This document shows, piece by piece, positions 18,710 to 27,826 of a stretch of 41,145 bases of DNA (position 1 is its first letter; each line of letters starts with the position of its first letter). The DNA comes from Lysobacterales bacterium. GTDB taxonomy: Bacteria > Pseudomonadota > Gammaproteobacteria > Xanthomonadales > SZUA-36. The stretch lies in assembly GCA_041571375.1 (NCBI GenBank), contig JBFFUJ010000001.1:1-41145 (forward strand), written 5' to 3'. The notes beneath the pieces were generated by a model. It was given only the letters and a program-made list of their open reading frames with translations, was not told where the DNA came from and ran no database searches. The position numbers and the translations under genes are program-made.

Positions 18710-19864
18710 ATGATGGGATCAGGCGCTCTGGCTTCGGGTATTGATATGGCTCAATCCAAGGCAAGCAACGAACAGGGCGACCGAATAGAGGGGCTTCCGG
18801 TGCACTATTGGCACCGGATGGATGACGGCCGTCTGCAATGTGATCTCTGCCCGCGGTTCTGCCGGCTGCGCGACGGGCAGCGCGGTCTGTGCTTCGTGCG
18901 CGCCCGTGCCGGCGAGCATATGGTGCTCACGACCTATGGCCGCTCCAGCGGGTTCTGCATCGACCCCATCGAGAAGAAACCGCTGAACCACTTCCTGCCG
19001 GGAACTCCGGTGCTCTCGTTTGGCACTGCGGGCTGCAATCTGGCCTGCAAATTCTGCCAGAACTGGGACATGACCAAGTCGCGGGAGTTCGATCGCCTGC
19101 AGGCCGAGGCCACGCCGCGGGAGATCGCACGGGCTGCGGTCACCAGCGGCAGCCGCAGCGTGGCCTTCACCTACAACGACCCGGTGATCTTCATGGAGTA
19201 CGCCGCGGATACGGCGGAAGCCTGCCACGAGCTGGGAATCCGAACGGTCGCCGTCTCGGCCGGCTACATCACCGAGGAACCGCGCCGCGCTTTTTTCCGC
19301 AGCATGGACGCGGCGAATATCGACTTGAAGGCCTTCACCGAGCGCTTCTACTGGAAGCTTTGCGGTGCCCATCTGCAAGCGGTGCTGGAGACGCTGCAGT
19401 ACCTGCGTCACGAGACGCGGATCTGGCTGGAGCTGACGACCCTGCTGATCCCGGGCGAAAATGACTCCGAGGCGGAAATCGATGAGATGACGCAGTGGAT
19501 CGTGGAGCATCTGGGCCCGGATACACCGCTGCACTTAACGCGTTTTCATCCGGACTGGAAGATGGCGGACCGCTCGGTCACGCCCACGGCCACGCTGACG
19601 CGCTCCCGGCGCATCGCGCTGCGCAACGGCATGCGTTACGTTTTTACGGGCAACGTGCACGATCCCGAAGGGTCCAGCACCTATTGCCCGCAGTGCGGCC
19701 AGCGGCTGATCGGACGCGATTGGTACGAACTCTCGGACTGGCAGCTGGATGTGGACGGAACAGGGGCCGTCTGCCGCAGCTGCAGGACGCCGGTGGCCGG
19801 AGTATTCGAGGCCCGTCCGGGCACCTGGGGCTCCCGCAGGCAACCGATCCATGTTCACCACTGA
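18710..19864 (+). CDS. AmmeMemoRadiSam system radical SAM enzyme
   Basis: N-terminal CDLCPRFCRL...GLCFVR zinc/auxiliary motif. IDPIEKKPLNHF, the radical SAM cluster motif GCNLACKFCQNWD, and the C-terminal CPQCG...CRSC ribbon. The start is ATG 18710 or ATG 18746. The ORF-track N-terminus (17702..18709) is antisense to the Memo-like gene and rejected. Confidence 0.9.
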   Translation: MMGSGALASGIDMAQSKASNEQGDRIEGLPVHYWHRMDDGRLQCDLCPRFCRLRDGQRGLCFVRARAGEHMVLTTYGRSSGFCIDPIEKKPLNHFLPGTPVLSFGTAGCNLACKFCQNWDMTKSREFDRLQAEATPREIARAAVTSGSRSVAFTYNDPVIFMEYAADTAEACHELGIRTVAVSAGYITEEPRRAFFRSMDAANIDLKAFTERFYWKLCGAHLQAVLETLQYLRHETRIWLELTTLLIPGENDSEAEIDEMTQWIVEHLGPDTPLHLTRFHPDWKMADRSVTPTATLTRSRRIALRNGMRYVFTGNVHDPEGSSTYCPQCGQRLIGRDWYELSDWQLDVDGTGAVCRSCRTPVAGVFEARPGTWGSRRQPIHVHH

Positions 19865-20630
19865 CTTCGCACTGTTCGACGCCCATTTCCACGTCATCGA
19901 CCCGCGCTTTCCGCTGGTCCCGAACCGCGGCTACCTGCCGGATCGCTACACGGTGAGCGATTACCGCGAGCGAATGGCAGGCTACGATCTGTGGGGCGGA
20001 GCGGTGATCTCGGCCTCCTTTCAGGCCTTCGACCAGGATTACCTGGTGGATGCATTGCACCGCCTGGGCGGCTCCTTCGTCGGCGTGACGCAGCTGCCGG
20101 CCAGCGTGACGGACGAGGAATTGCTCGAACTGCATGGATACGGGGTGCGCGCCATCCGCTTCAATGTGCAGCGCGGCGGTTCGGAGGACATCAGCCGGCT
20201 CGACACGGTGGCCCGCCGCATTCACGAATTGTTCGGCTGGCATGTCGAATTGTACGTCGACGCCCGCGAACTGGAGCCCCTGTACGACACCCTGGTCGCG
20301 CTGCCCGCCGTGGCCATCGACCACCTCGGCTTGTCCGCCGAGGGTCTGCCGCTGCTCTTGCGGCTGGCCGAGCACGGGGTACGGGTCAAGGCCACCGGCT
20401 TCGGGCGGGTGGATTTCGACGTCCGCAGTGCCGTCACCTCGCTGTTCGCCGCCAACCCGGACGCTTTGATGTTCGGCACCGACCTGCCGTCGACCCGTGC
20501 GGCACGCCCTTACAGCGACCGGGATTTCAAGCTGGTCGTCGAGACGCTGGGCGAGGCCGCTGCCCGCAAGGTGTTTTTCGAGAACGCCTGGTCGTTCTAC
20601 CGGATGGGCCGGGGACAGGACCGCGGCTAA
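19851..20630 (+). CDS. Amidohydrolase-2 family metal-dependent hydrolase (LigI-lactonase-like)
   Basis: The N-terminal DAHFHVIDP metal motif begins right after the ATG at 19851. There is a later IDHLG and a FGTDLP motif. It overlaps the radical SAM gene stop by 14 nt. Confidence 0.85.
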   Translation: MFTTDFALFDAHFHVIDPRFPLVPNRGYLPDRYTVSDYRERMAGYDLWGGAVISASFQAFDQDYLVDALHRLGGSFVGVTQLPASVTDEELLELHGYGVRAIRFNVQRGGSEDISRLDTVARRIHELFGWHVELYVDARELEPLYDTLVALPAVAIDHLGLSAEGLPLLLRLAEHGVRVKATGFGRVDFDVRSAVTSLFAANPDALMFGTDLPSTRAARPYSDRDFKLVVETLGEAAARKVFFENAWSFYRMGRGQDRG

Positions 20631-20676
20631 ACCGCTACAATCCCGCTGATACCAGGCTTCTGATGGATCCGGCGCG

Positions 20677-21690
20677 ATGAGCATCTGCGACACCCTGACC
20701 GACGCGATCGGCAACACCCCGCTGATCCGGCTGCATCGCGCGTCCGAGTCGACCGGCTGCGAGATCCTCGGAAAAGCCGAGTTCATGAATCCCGGCGGCT
20801 CGGTCAAGGACCGCGCCGCCAAGTACATCATTCTGGATGCCGAGGCCCGCGGTGATCTGCAGCCGGGCGGCATCATCGTCGAGGGCACTGCCGGCAATAC
20901 CGGCATCGGCCTGGCCCTGGTCGGCAACTCGCGAGGCTATCGCACCGTCATCGCCATGCCCGATACCCAATCGGCAGAAAAGAAGGAAGCGTTGCGCCTG
21001 CTGGGTGCGGAACTGCACGAGGTTCCCGCAGTACCGTTCAAGGACCCCGGTAATTATGTCCACGTCGCAGCCCGCCTGGCGGAAGAGCTCGCTGCCGCCG
21101 AACCGTGCGGCGTGCTGTACGCGAACCAGTGGGAGAACCTGTCGAACGCGGAAGGGCATTACCGTTCGACCGGCCCGGAAATCTGGCAGCAAACCGGCGG
21201 CCGGGTCGATGCGTTCTGCTGCGCCATCGGCACGGGCGGCACGATTGCCGGCGTCGGCCGTTACCTGAAGGGTCAGAATCCCGAAGTCGTCATTGCCGTC
21301 ACCGACCCCCTCGGCTCCTGCATGTACCACTATTTCCGGGACGGCGAGTTGCGCGCCGAGGGCAACTCCATCACCGAGGGTATCGGACAGGGCCGGGTCA
21401 CGGCGAACATCGGCAGCGCTCCGGTCGATCAGGCGTATCAGGTACCGGACGAGGAGGCGTTGCCGGTGCTGTTCGACCTGCTGACGGAAGAGGGCCTGTG
21501 CCTGGGCGGTTCCAGCGCGATCAACGTCGCGGGGGCCATTCAGCTCGCCCGCGAGCTCGGGCGCGGCCACACGATAGTGACCGTCCTGTGCGACTCGGGT
21601 GCCCGTTACCAGTCCAAGCTCTACAATCCGGAATTCCTGCGCAGCAAGGGCCTGCCCGTTCCGGCCTGGCTCGACGACGACCGTGTCTGA
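20677..21690 (+). CDS. PLP-dependent cysteine synthase family protein (CysK/CysM/CBS-like)
   Basis: PLP-lysine motif MNPGGSVKDRAA, GTAGNTGIGLA and the GTGGTIAGV glycine loop. 337 aa. Confidence 0.9.
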   Translation: MSICDTLTDAIGNTPLIRLHRASESTGCEILGKAEFMNPGGSVKDRAAKYIILDAEARGDLQPGGIIVEGTAGNTGIGLALVGNSRGYRTVIAMPDTQSAEKKEALRLLGAELHEVPAVPFKDPGNYVHVAARLAEELAAAEPCGVLYANQWENLSNAEGHYRSTGPEIWQQTGGRVDAFCCAIGTGGTIAGVGRYLKGQNPEVVIAVTDPLGSCMYHYFRDGELRAEGNSITEGIGQGRVTANIGSAPVDQAYQVPDEEALPVLFDLLTEEGLCLGGSSAINVAGAIQLARELGRGHTIVTVLCDSGARYQSKLYNPEFLRSKGLPVPAWLDDDRV

Positions 21691-23218
21691 GCGGGATACC
21701 TCGCCCGGCGGCCCGTCCGAGGAGCTTCACCGGCGGCTCGAGGACACCCTGGACCAAGGGCGGACCGATGCCGTAGCCCGCCGCCAGGAACAGGGTTTCC
21801 GTACGGCCCGCGAGAACCTGCAGGATCTCTGCGATCCGGCCTCATTCGTCGAGTACGGCCAGCTCGCCGTCGCAGCCCAGCGGCAGCGACGCAGCCTGGA
21901 AGACCTGCGCCGCAGCACGGCCGCCGATGGGGTCATCACCGGGCTCGCCACGATCAATGCGGATCGCTTTGGGTCCTCAGCCGGCCAGGTTGCGGTGATC
22001 ATCTACGATTACACCGTGCTGGCGGGCACCCAGGGCTACTTCCACCACAGGAAACTGGACCGCATCCTGCACCTGGCTCAGCGTGAGCGGCTGCCCGTGG
22101 TGATCTACACCGAGGGTGGGGGCGGACGCCCCGGTGACACCGACGTCACCACGCAGATCGCCGGCCTGAACCTTTCCACCTTCGCCCGCTGGGCCGGGCT
22201 GTCCGGCCGGGTACCGCGGATCGCCGTCAACAACGGCTACTGCTTCGCGGGCAACGGCGCGCTGTTCGGCTGCGCCGATTTGCGGATTGCCACGCGCGAA
22301 TCCTGGATCGGCATGGCCGGTCCGGCCATGATCGAGGGCGGCGGCCTCGGCCGATTCGATCCGACGGACATCGGTCCGGTCGAGACGCAATCGCGCAACG
22401 GTGTCGTCGACTGTGTGTGTGACGACGAGGCAGCGGCCACCGCGCTCTGCCGACAGCTGCTGGGCTATTTCCAGGGCTCCCTGGCGGATTATGCGTTTGC
22501 TGATCAGTCGACGCTGGCAGCGTTGCTGCCCGCCGACCGGCGCTACAGCTACCACGTTCGACGCATCATAGAGACCCTGGCGGACGAGGGTACCTTCGTT
22601 GAGATCACGCCGGATTTCGGATCCGCGATCGTGACCGGTTTCATCCGCATCGAGGGTCATCCGCTGGGGCTGATCGCCAACGACTGCAGGGTGCTCGGCG
22701 GAGCCATCGACGCCGACGCAGCGGAGAAAACGGCCCGTTTCCTGCGCCTGTGCAGCAGTCACGGCCTGCCGGTATTTTCGCTGTGCGATACGCCGGGCTT
22801 CATGGTTGGCCCGGCCAGCGAAGAGCAGGCCGCCGTTCGTCACATGTCGGACCTGTTCACAGCCGGCGCGCAGTTCACGGCTCCGCTCGTTGCCGTGTTC
22901 CTCCGCAAAGGCTACGGGCTGGGCGCCATGGCCATGGCCGGCGGCGGTTTTGCCGAACCGCTCTGCGCGGTCTCCTGGCCGACCGGCGAATTCGGAGGGA
23001 TGGGCCTGGAGGGAGCCGTACGCCTTGGCTTCCGCAAGGAGCTTGAAGCGGAAACCGATGATGAAAAGAGGGCCGCGCTGTTTGACCGACTGCTGTCCGA
23101 CCTCTATGAGCGCGGCCGGGCCATTGAAGCGGCCAGCCACCTCGAGATCGACGCTGTGATCGACCCGGCGGACACGCGTCGCGTGGTCAGTCGGGCGCTG
23201 CAGGCGGCAGCCGGCTGA
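21683..23218 (+). CDS. Acyl-CoA carboxylase carboxyltransferase (beta-subunit family) protein
   Basis: Two carboxyltransferase halves: DPASFVEYG...DYTVLAGTQG...GGRPG, then CDTPGFMVGP...VFLRKGYGLGAMAM. There is no ATG near the 5' end. The GTG at 21683 (8-nt overlap with the upstream stop) is preferred over the GTG at 21599; the start is uncertain. Confidence 0.8.
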   Translation: MSERDTSPGGPSEELHRRLEDTLDQGRTDAVARRQEQGFRTARENLQDLCDPASFVEYGQLAVAAQRQRRSLEDLRRSTAADGVITGLATINADRFGSSAGQVAVIIYDYTVLAGTQGYFHHRKLDRILHLAQRERLPVVIYTEGGGGRPGDTDVTTQIAGLNLSTFARWAGLSGRVPRIAVNNGYCFAGNGALFGCADLRIATRESWIGMAGPAMIEGGGLGRFDPTDIGPVETQSRNGVVDCVCDDEAAATALCRQLLGYFQGSLADYAFADQSTLAALLPADRRYSYHVRRIIETLADEGTFVEITPDFGSAIVTGFIRIEGHPLGLIANDCRVLGGAIDADAAEKTARFLRLCSSHGLPVFSLCDTPGFMVGPASEEQAAVRHMSDLFTAGAQFTAPLVAVFLRKGYGLGAMAMAGGGFAEPLCAVSWPTGEFGGMGLEGAVRLGFRKELEAETDDEKRAALFDRLLSDLYERGRAIEAASHLEIDAVIDPADTRRVVSRALQAAAG

Positions 23219-23237
23219 GTCACCCGACCGACGTCCG

Positions 23238-25310
23238 TTATTTTTCGCCCGGGGTGCTCAAAAGCACCAGTGAACGCGCCGGCAACCTCAAGTGCCCCCC
23301 TTGCTGAACCCTGGGTGCCGGATCGGCACTGCTGAAGCGCAACCGCCAATCCGGTATGCCGGCCGCAGGCATCGTGAACAGGACTTCGGCGGGCGCGGCA
23401 TTGAACAGGATCGCGACGGCTTCGCCAATTGCACTGTCGCCTTTCTGATCGGCACGGCAGGCATACAGCAGCGCCAGGCATTGCTGGCCTTCCCAATCCG
23501 TGTCCTGCATGGCCCGGCCATCGGGGTGCAGCCAGCTGATGTCGCACCAGCCCCGGTCGCTGGGCAAGCGGCTGTGGAGATAACGGGATTGCCGCAACAG
23601 CGGCAGTTTTCTGCGCCATTCGATCAGTCGCCTCACCTGATCCGTGAACTCCCGATCCTCCAGGAACCCGGACCAGTCCAGCCAGCCGGTCTCGTTGTCC
23701 TGTGCATAGGCATTGTTGTTTCCTCCCTGCCCGTTGCCGAATTCGTCACCGGCCAGCAGCATCGGCGTGCCCTGTGCAAACAGCAGGGTGGCGAGCAGGT
23801 TCAGGCGCTGCTGCCGGCGGGCCGCCCCGATCGCGGGATCGTCGGTATCGCCCTCCACACCGTGGTTGCTGCTGAAATTGTGTGAGTGCCCGTCGCGATT
23901 CTGTTCGCCATTGGCCTGATTGTGCTTGCGACGGTAGCTGACCAGGTCCCGCAGGGTGAAGCCGTCGTGGCAGGTCACGAAATTGACGCTGGCCGTGGGG
24001 CTGCGCCGAGTCGGCTCGAACAGGTCTGCCGAACCGTGAATGCGCCGCGCGAGGTCGGCCGCCTGCTGCTCATCACCCCGCCAGAAACGCCGGACGGTGT
24101 CCCGGAATCGGTCATTCCACTCCGCCCATTCCGCCGGGAAACGGCCCAGTTGATAACCCCCAGCTCCGGGATCCCATGGTTCGGCGATCAACTTCGCGCC
24201 ATCGAGCACCGGATCGCTGCCGATGCGGGCCAGCAGGGGGTGACTCCCTGAAAAGCCCTCCGCCGAGCGCCCCAGCACGGTTGCCAGGTCGAAGCGGAAA
24301 CCATCGACACCCATGTCCCGGTGCCAGTAGCGGAGGCTGTCGAGGATCAACCTCTGCACCACCGGGCTGTCGGCGTTCAGGGTATTGCCGCAGCCCGTGT
24401 CGTTGACATAGTCGCCCGGTGACCCCGGCTCCGTGCGGTAATAGGCGAGGTTGTCGATGCCCCGGAAACTCAGACTGGGTCCGCGCGCGTCGCCCTCCGC
24501 CGTGTGGTTGTACGCCACATCCAGAAGCACCTCGATGCCCGCGTCGTGGATGGCATGCACCATCTCGCGGAATTCGGCGGTCGCATCGGGTCCGGCAAAT
24601 CGCCCGTCGGGCACGAAAAACTGGATGCTGTTGTAGCCCCAGAGGTTGCTTAGTCCGCGCCGGACCAGGAACTCCTCGTCCAACATGGCAAACACCGGCA
24701 TCAATTCCAGCGACGTGATGCCGAGCGACTTCAGATAGGCCAGTATCCTACCGTTGCTGAGTCCGGCCAGGCGACCGCGTTCGGGTTCCGACAGATCCGG
24801 GTGGCGCATCGTGTAGCCCCGCACATTGGCCTCGTAGATCACCATCTCGGACCACGCAACTCCCGGCCTCTGAAAGGCCTCGCGGCCGTCCGCCGCAACG
24901 ACGACCGACAGCGGCACGAACGCAGCGCTGTCCGAGCCGCTCTTGCGCCACCTGTCCCGCCCGGCCGTCCGGTCGTAATCGAACAGTTCGGACGACCATT
25001 TCGGCCCGCCGTCCAGGCGGCGGGCCCAAGGATCGATCAGCAGCTTGGCCGGGTTGTGCCGCAGCCCTTCCTCCGGTGACCAGCGACCGTGCACCCGGTA
25101 GCCATAGCGCTGCCCGGCGCGGCAGCCCGGCAGATAGCCAGACCACTCGGCACCTTCACATTCGGGCAGAAAATGAGATTCCGACGCGTTGCGGTTCTCG
25201 TCGAACAAGCACAGCTCGACCGCCTCAGCGCTGCCGGAGTGAAGGGCGAAGGTGACGCCTTCGTTGTCGCAGGTCGCGCCCAGCGGGCCTGAACTCTCTG
25301 GCCGTATCAT
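23238..25310 (-). CDS. glgX: Glycogen debranching enzyme GlgX
   Basis: 690 aa. GH13 motifs VLLDVAYNHTAEG, GFRFDLA, LIAEPWD and FVTCHDGFTLRD. ATG at 25308..25310 forms an ATGA overlap with the malQ stop. Confidence 0.95.
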   Translation of the reverse strand: MIRPESSGPLGATCDNEGVTFALHSGSAEAVELCLFDENRNASESHFLPECEGAEWSGYLPGCRAGQRYGYRVHGRWSPEEGLRHNPAKLLIDPWARRLDGGPKWSSELFDYDRTAGRDRWRKSGSDSAAFVPLSVVVAADGREAFQRPGVAWSEMVIYEANVRGYTMRHPDLSEPERGRLAGLSNGRILAYLKSLGITSLELMPVFAMLDEEFLVRRGLSNLWGYNSIQFFVPDGRFAGPDATAEFREMVHAIHDAGIEVLLDVAYNHTAEGDARGPSLSFRGIDNLAYYRTEPGSPGDYVNDTGCGNTLNADSPVVQRLILDSLRYWHRDMGVDGFRFDLATVLGRSAEGFSGSHPLLARIGSDPVLDGAKLIAEPWDPGAGGYQLGRFPAEWAEWNDRFRDTVRRFWRGDEQQAADLARRIHGSADLFEPTRRSPTASVNFVTCHDGFTLRDLVSYRRKHNQANGEQNRDGHSHNFSSNHGVEGDTDDPAIGAARRQQRLNLLATLLFAQGTPMLLAGDEFGNGQGGNNNAYAQDNETGWLDWSGFLEDREFTDQVRRLIEWRRKLPLLRQSRYLHSRLPSDRGWCDISWLHPDGRAMQDTDWEGQQCLALLYACRADQKGDSAIGEAVAILFNAAPAEVLFTMPAAGIPDWRLRFSSADPAPRVQQGGHLRLPARSLVLLSTPGEK

Positions 25311-26881
25311 GCAGCAGAGTCTAAGCTCTTGCCGCGAAGCCTTGAAGCGGTCTGCACCATATCGGCAACCGTTTCGGTCAGGGCCCCGGACAGCTCTCCG
25401 GACTCCATTCGCCAGCGCCAGTTGTTGACCGTAGTGCCCGGTGTATTGAAACGCGCCGCCGACCCAAGCCCCAGGAAGTCCTGCATGGGCGCCACCGCAA
25501 GGGCCGATTTCGCCGAGAAAGCCAGGCGGATCAGATCGTGGTGAATGGTCGCCGCCGTGCCCCCGGTCAGTTTCAGTGCCCGTTCGCGCGTTTCCTCGAT
25601 CTGCTCCGCCGTCCGGGTGTCGTCCCCGTTGCCGCGGAACCAGCCCCGGGTGGTGTCATTGTCGTGCGTTCCGGTGTAGCACACGCTGTTTTCTTCGATC
25701 GAGTCCATGTCGAAATCCGGCTCGCCGACCTCGAACTGGAGCACCACCATGCCCGGAATCCCGTGTTCCTTGCGCAGGGATTCCACTGCGGGGGTGATCA
25801 CGCCGAGGTTCTCCGCCACGATCGGAAGCTGACCCAGCGACCCCTCCAGCGCCCCGAACAGGCTATCCCCCGGGCCCCGTACCCAGCTGCCCTGCTTTGC
25901 CGTTGTTGCACCGTAAGGCACCGACCAGAACGACTCGAAACCCCTGAAGTGATCGATACGCACCAGGTGTGCCTGCTCGATGGCGAAACGCATGCGCTCA
26001 ACCCACCAGCCGAAATCGGTCGCCTCGTGGTGGCCCCAGTCATAGAGCGGATTACCCCAGAGCTGACCGTCCTCGCTGAAGTAATCCGGCGGCACGCCGG
26101 CCACGTGGGAGGGGCGCCCGTCGCTGTCGATGAGCAGCATTTCGCGATTGGCCCAGGCGTCGGCGCTGTCGAGCGCAATGTAAATCGGCATATCGCCGAA
26201 CAGGCAGATACCACGCTGCGTGGCATAGTCCTTCAGCTGGCGCCACTGTCGTTCGAACAGGAACTGTTTGACCCGCGTCTGCTCGATCTCGATCGAATGT
26301 CGTTCCCGGGTCTGCCGCAGGGCAGCCGGCTCACGGCGCACATGTTGCTTATCCCACTGCGGCCAGGCGCGTTCGCTATGAGCTGTTTTCAGCACCCTGA
26401 ACAGCGCGTAGTCGTCCAGCCATCGGTCCGCGTTGCGATGCAGAAAATCTTCGTACTCGGCCAGCAGCCCGTTACCTCGCCGCTCACTGAAGCGCTGGGC
26501 CGCCTGCGCCAGAACCTGCCGCTTGAGCGGGATGAGTCGGCCGTAGTCCGTATGATCCCTCGGCAGCGCCCGGAGTGAGTCGATCTCACCCTGCTGCAGC
26601 AGTCCGAGCCGGACCAGCGGCTCCAGCCCGATCAGGTTGGCATTGCCGGCAAAGGCGGACAGGGGCTGGTAGGGCGAGTCTCCGTAAGCTGTCGGGCCCA
26701 GGGGCAGAAACTGCCAGACCCCCAGTTTCATTTCGACCAACCGGTCGATGAAAGCCATCGCACTGTCCGCAATGTCGCCGATGCCGTAAGGGCCCGGCAG
26801 GGACGTGAAATGCAGCCCGACGCCGGCCTGGCGGCCCATGCCGAGAATGCAGGAATCAGATTTGCTGTTGCTCTGAATCAT
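25307..26881 (-). CDS. malQ: 4-alpha-glucanotransferase (amylomaltase)
   Basis: GH77 motifs GIGDI, PLGPTAYGDSPYQ, DMPIYIALDSADAW, VRIDHFRGF, VAENLG and YTGTHDNDT. ATG at 26879..26881 (or 26839). The TTG-initiated extension to 27046 is unlikely. Confidence 0.93.
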   Translation of the reverse strand: MIQSNSKSDSCILGMGRQAGVGLHFTSLPGPYGIGDIADSAMAFIDRLVEMKLGVWQFLPLGPTAYGDSPYQPLSAFAGNANLIGLEPLVRLGLLQQGEIDSLRALPRDHTDYGRLIPLKRQVLAQAAQRFSERRGNGLLAEYEDFLHRNADRWLDDYALFRVLKTAHSERAWPQWDKQHVRREPAALRQTRERHSIEIEQTRVKQFLFERQWRQLKDYATQRGICLFGDMPIYIALDSADAWANREMLLIDSDGRPSHVAGVPPDYFSEDGQLWGNPLYDWGHHEATDFGWWVERMRFAIEQAHLVRIDHFRGFESFWSVPYGATTAKQGSWVRGPGDSLFGALEGSLGQLPIVAENLGVITPAVESLRKEHGIPGMVVLQFEVGEPDFDMDSIEENSVCYTGTHDNDTTRGWFRGNGDDTRTAEQIEETRERALKLTGGTAATIHHDLIRLAFSAKSALAVAPMQDFLGLGSAARFNTPGTTVNNWRWRMESGELSGALTETVADMVQTASRLRGKSLDSAA

Positions 26882-27078
26882 GGATCCATTACTGGCTCGA
26901 TGGCGACCGGAGGAGTGTTCGCAGCCAGGGGTATTATCGGCGGCAAATCGCTTCTCGGCCACGTTTTCCGACCCGGAGTTGCCTGCTCGCGACCCGCGAG
27001 GGAGTCGCACCGTGGTTTCTTTGGCGTGAGTGCCTTCGTGGACCAATGCCCCATCTGGATCATGCTAATCTCTGCAGG

Positions 27079-27468
27079 ATGAGCCTGCTCCCTTCACTTC
27101 TCCTGGTAGCGCTCGGCAGCATGGTCGGCGGCGTCAGTCGCTACGGCCTGACCTTGGCCACGCAGAACGTCTCGGCCTTCAGCCTGCCCTATGGCACGCT
27201 GGCCTCGAACGTGGCGGGGTGCCTGCTGATCGGCGTCATTGCCGGCTTCGGCGGCAAAACCGAGTTGCTGTCCCCGGAAATGCGGCTGCTGCTGGCGACC
27301 GGGTTTTGCGGCGGCTTCACGACCATGTCGTCCTTCATCTACGAGTTGGGCCAGTTCGTTCAGGACAAGGAATACTTTTTCGCTTCGACCTATTTCATGG
27401 CCACGCTGGCGGGTGCCGGTCTGGCCTTCGCGCTCGGGCTGCTGCTGAGCGCCGCAATCATGAGGTAA
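27079..27468 (+). CDS. crcB: Fluoride ion channel CrcB
   Basis: 129 aa with 4 TM segments. Motifs LGSMVGGVSRY and GFCGGFTTMSSF are typical of CrcB/Fluc. An alternative ATG lies at 27046. Confidence 0.9.
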   Translation: MSLLPSLLLVALGSMVGGVSRYGLTLATQNVSAFSLPYGTLASNVAGCLLIGVIAGFGGKTELLSPEMRLLLATGFCGGFTTMSSFIYELGQFVQDKEYFFASTYFMATLAGAGLAFALGLLLSAAIMR

Positions 27469-27471
27469 GCC

Positions 27472-27825
27472 ATGGAGATTTCCGGACAGGCGGTTCTATT
27501 GCGCATATTCGTCGGCGAAAGCGACAAGCTCGGGCATCTGCCGCTGTACGAGGCGATCGTCAAGGAAGCGCGCGAGGCCGGGCTGGCGGGCGCGACCGTG
27601 CTGAAAGGCGTGCTGGGATATGGCGCAAGCGCTCGTATTCGCACGGCCAAGATCCTGGATCTCTCGGCCGACCTGTCGATGGTCGTCGAGATCGTCGACG
27701 GGGAGGCCAAGGTGGACGCTTTCCGGCCGCGGCTGTCGGAACTGTTCGAGGCCGCCAACTGCGGCGGCCTGGTGACCCTGGAGAATATCCGGGTGGTGCG
27801 CTATCTGACAGAAGGATCGGGATAG
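27472..27825 (+). CDS. DUF190 domain protein (PII-like, commonly paired with crcB)
   Basis: 117 aa starting 3 nt after the crcB stop, with GAGG upstream. The LLRIFVGESDK...PLYEAIV...AGLAGATVLKGVLGYG pattern is typical of DUF190. Confidence 0.85.
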   Translation: MEISGQAVLLRIFVGESDKLGHLPLYEAIVKEAREAGLAGATVLKGVLGYGASARIRTAKILDLSADLSMVVEIVDGEAKVDAFRPRLSELFEAANCGGLVTLENIRVVRYLTEGSG

Positions 27826-27826
27826 C

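Noticed and set aside
26882-27078. Fluoride (crcB-motif) riboswitch upstream of crcB.
   Set aside because: Only partial sequence resemblance. I could not reconstruct the conserved stems and pseudoknot by eye, so it is not annotated as a feature. A covariance-model search is needed.
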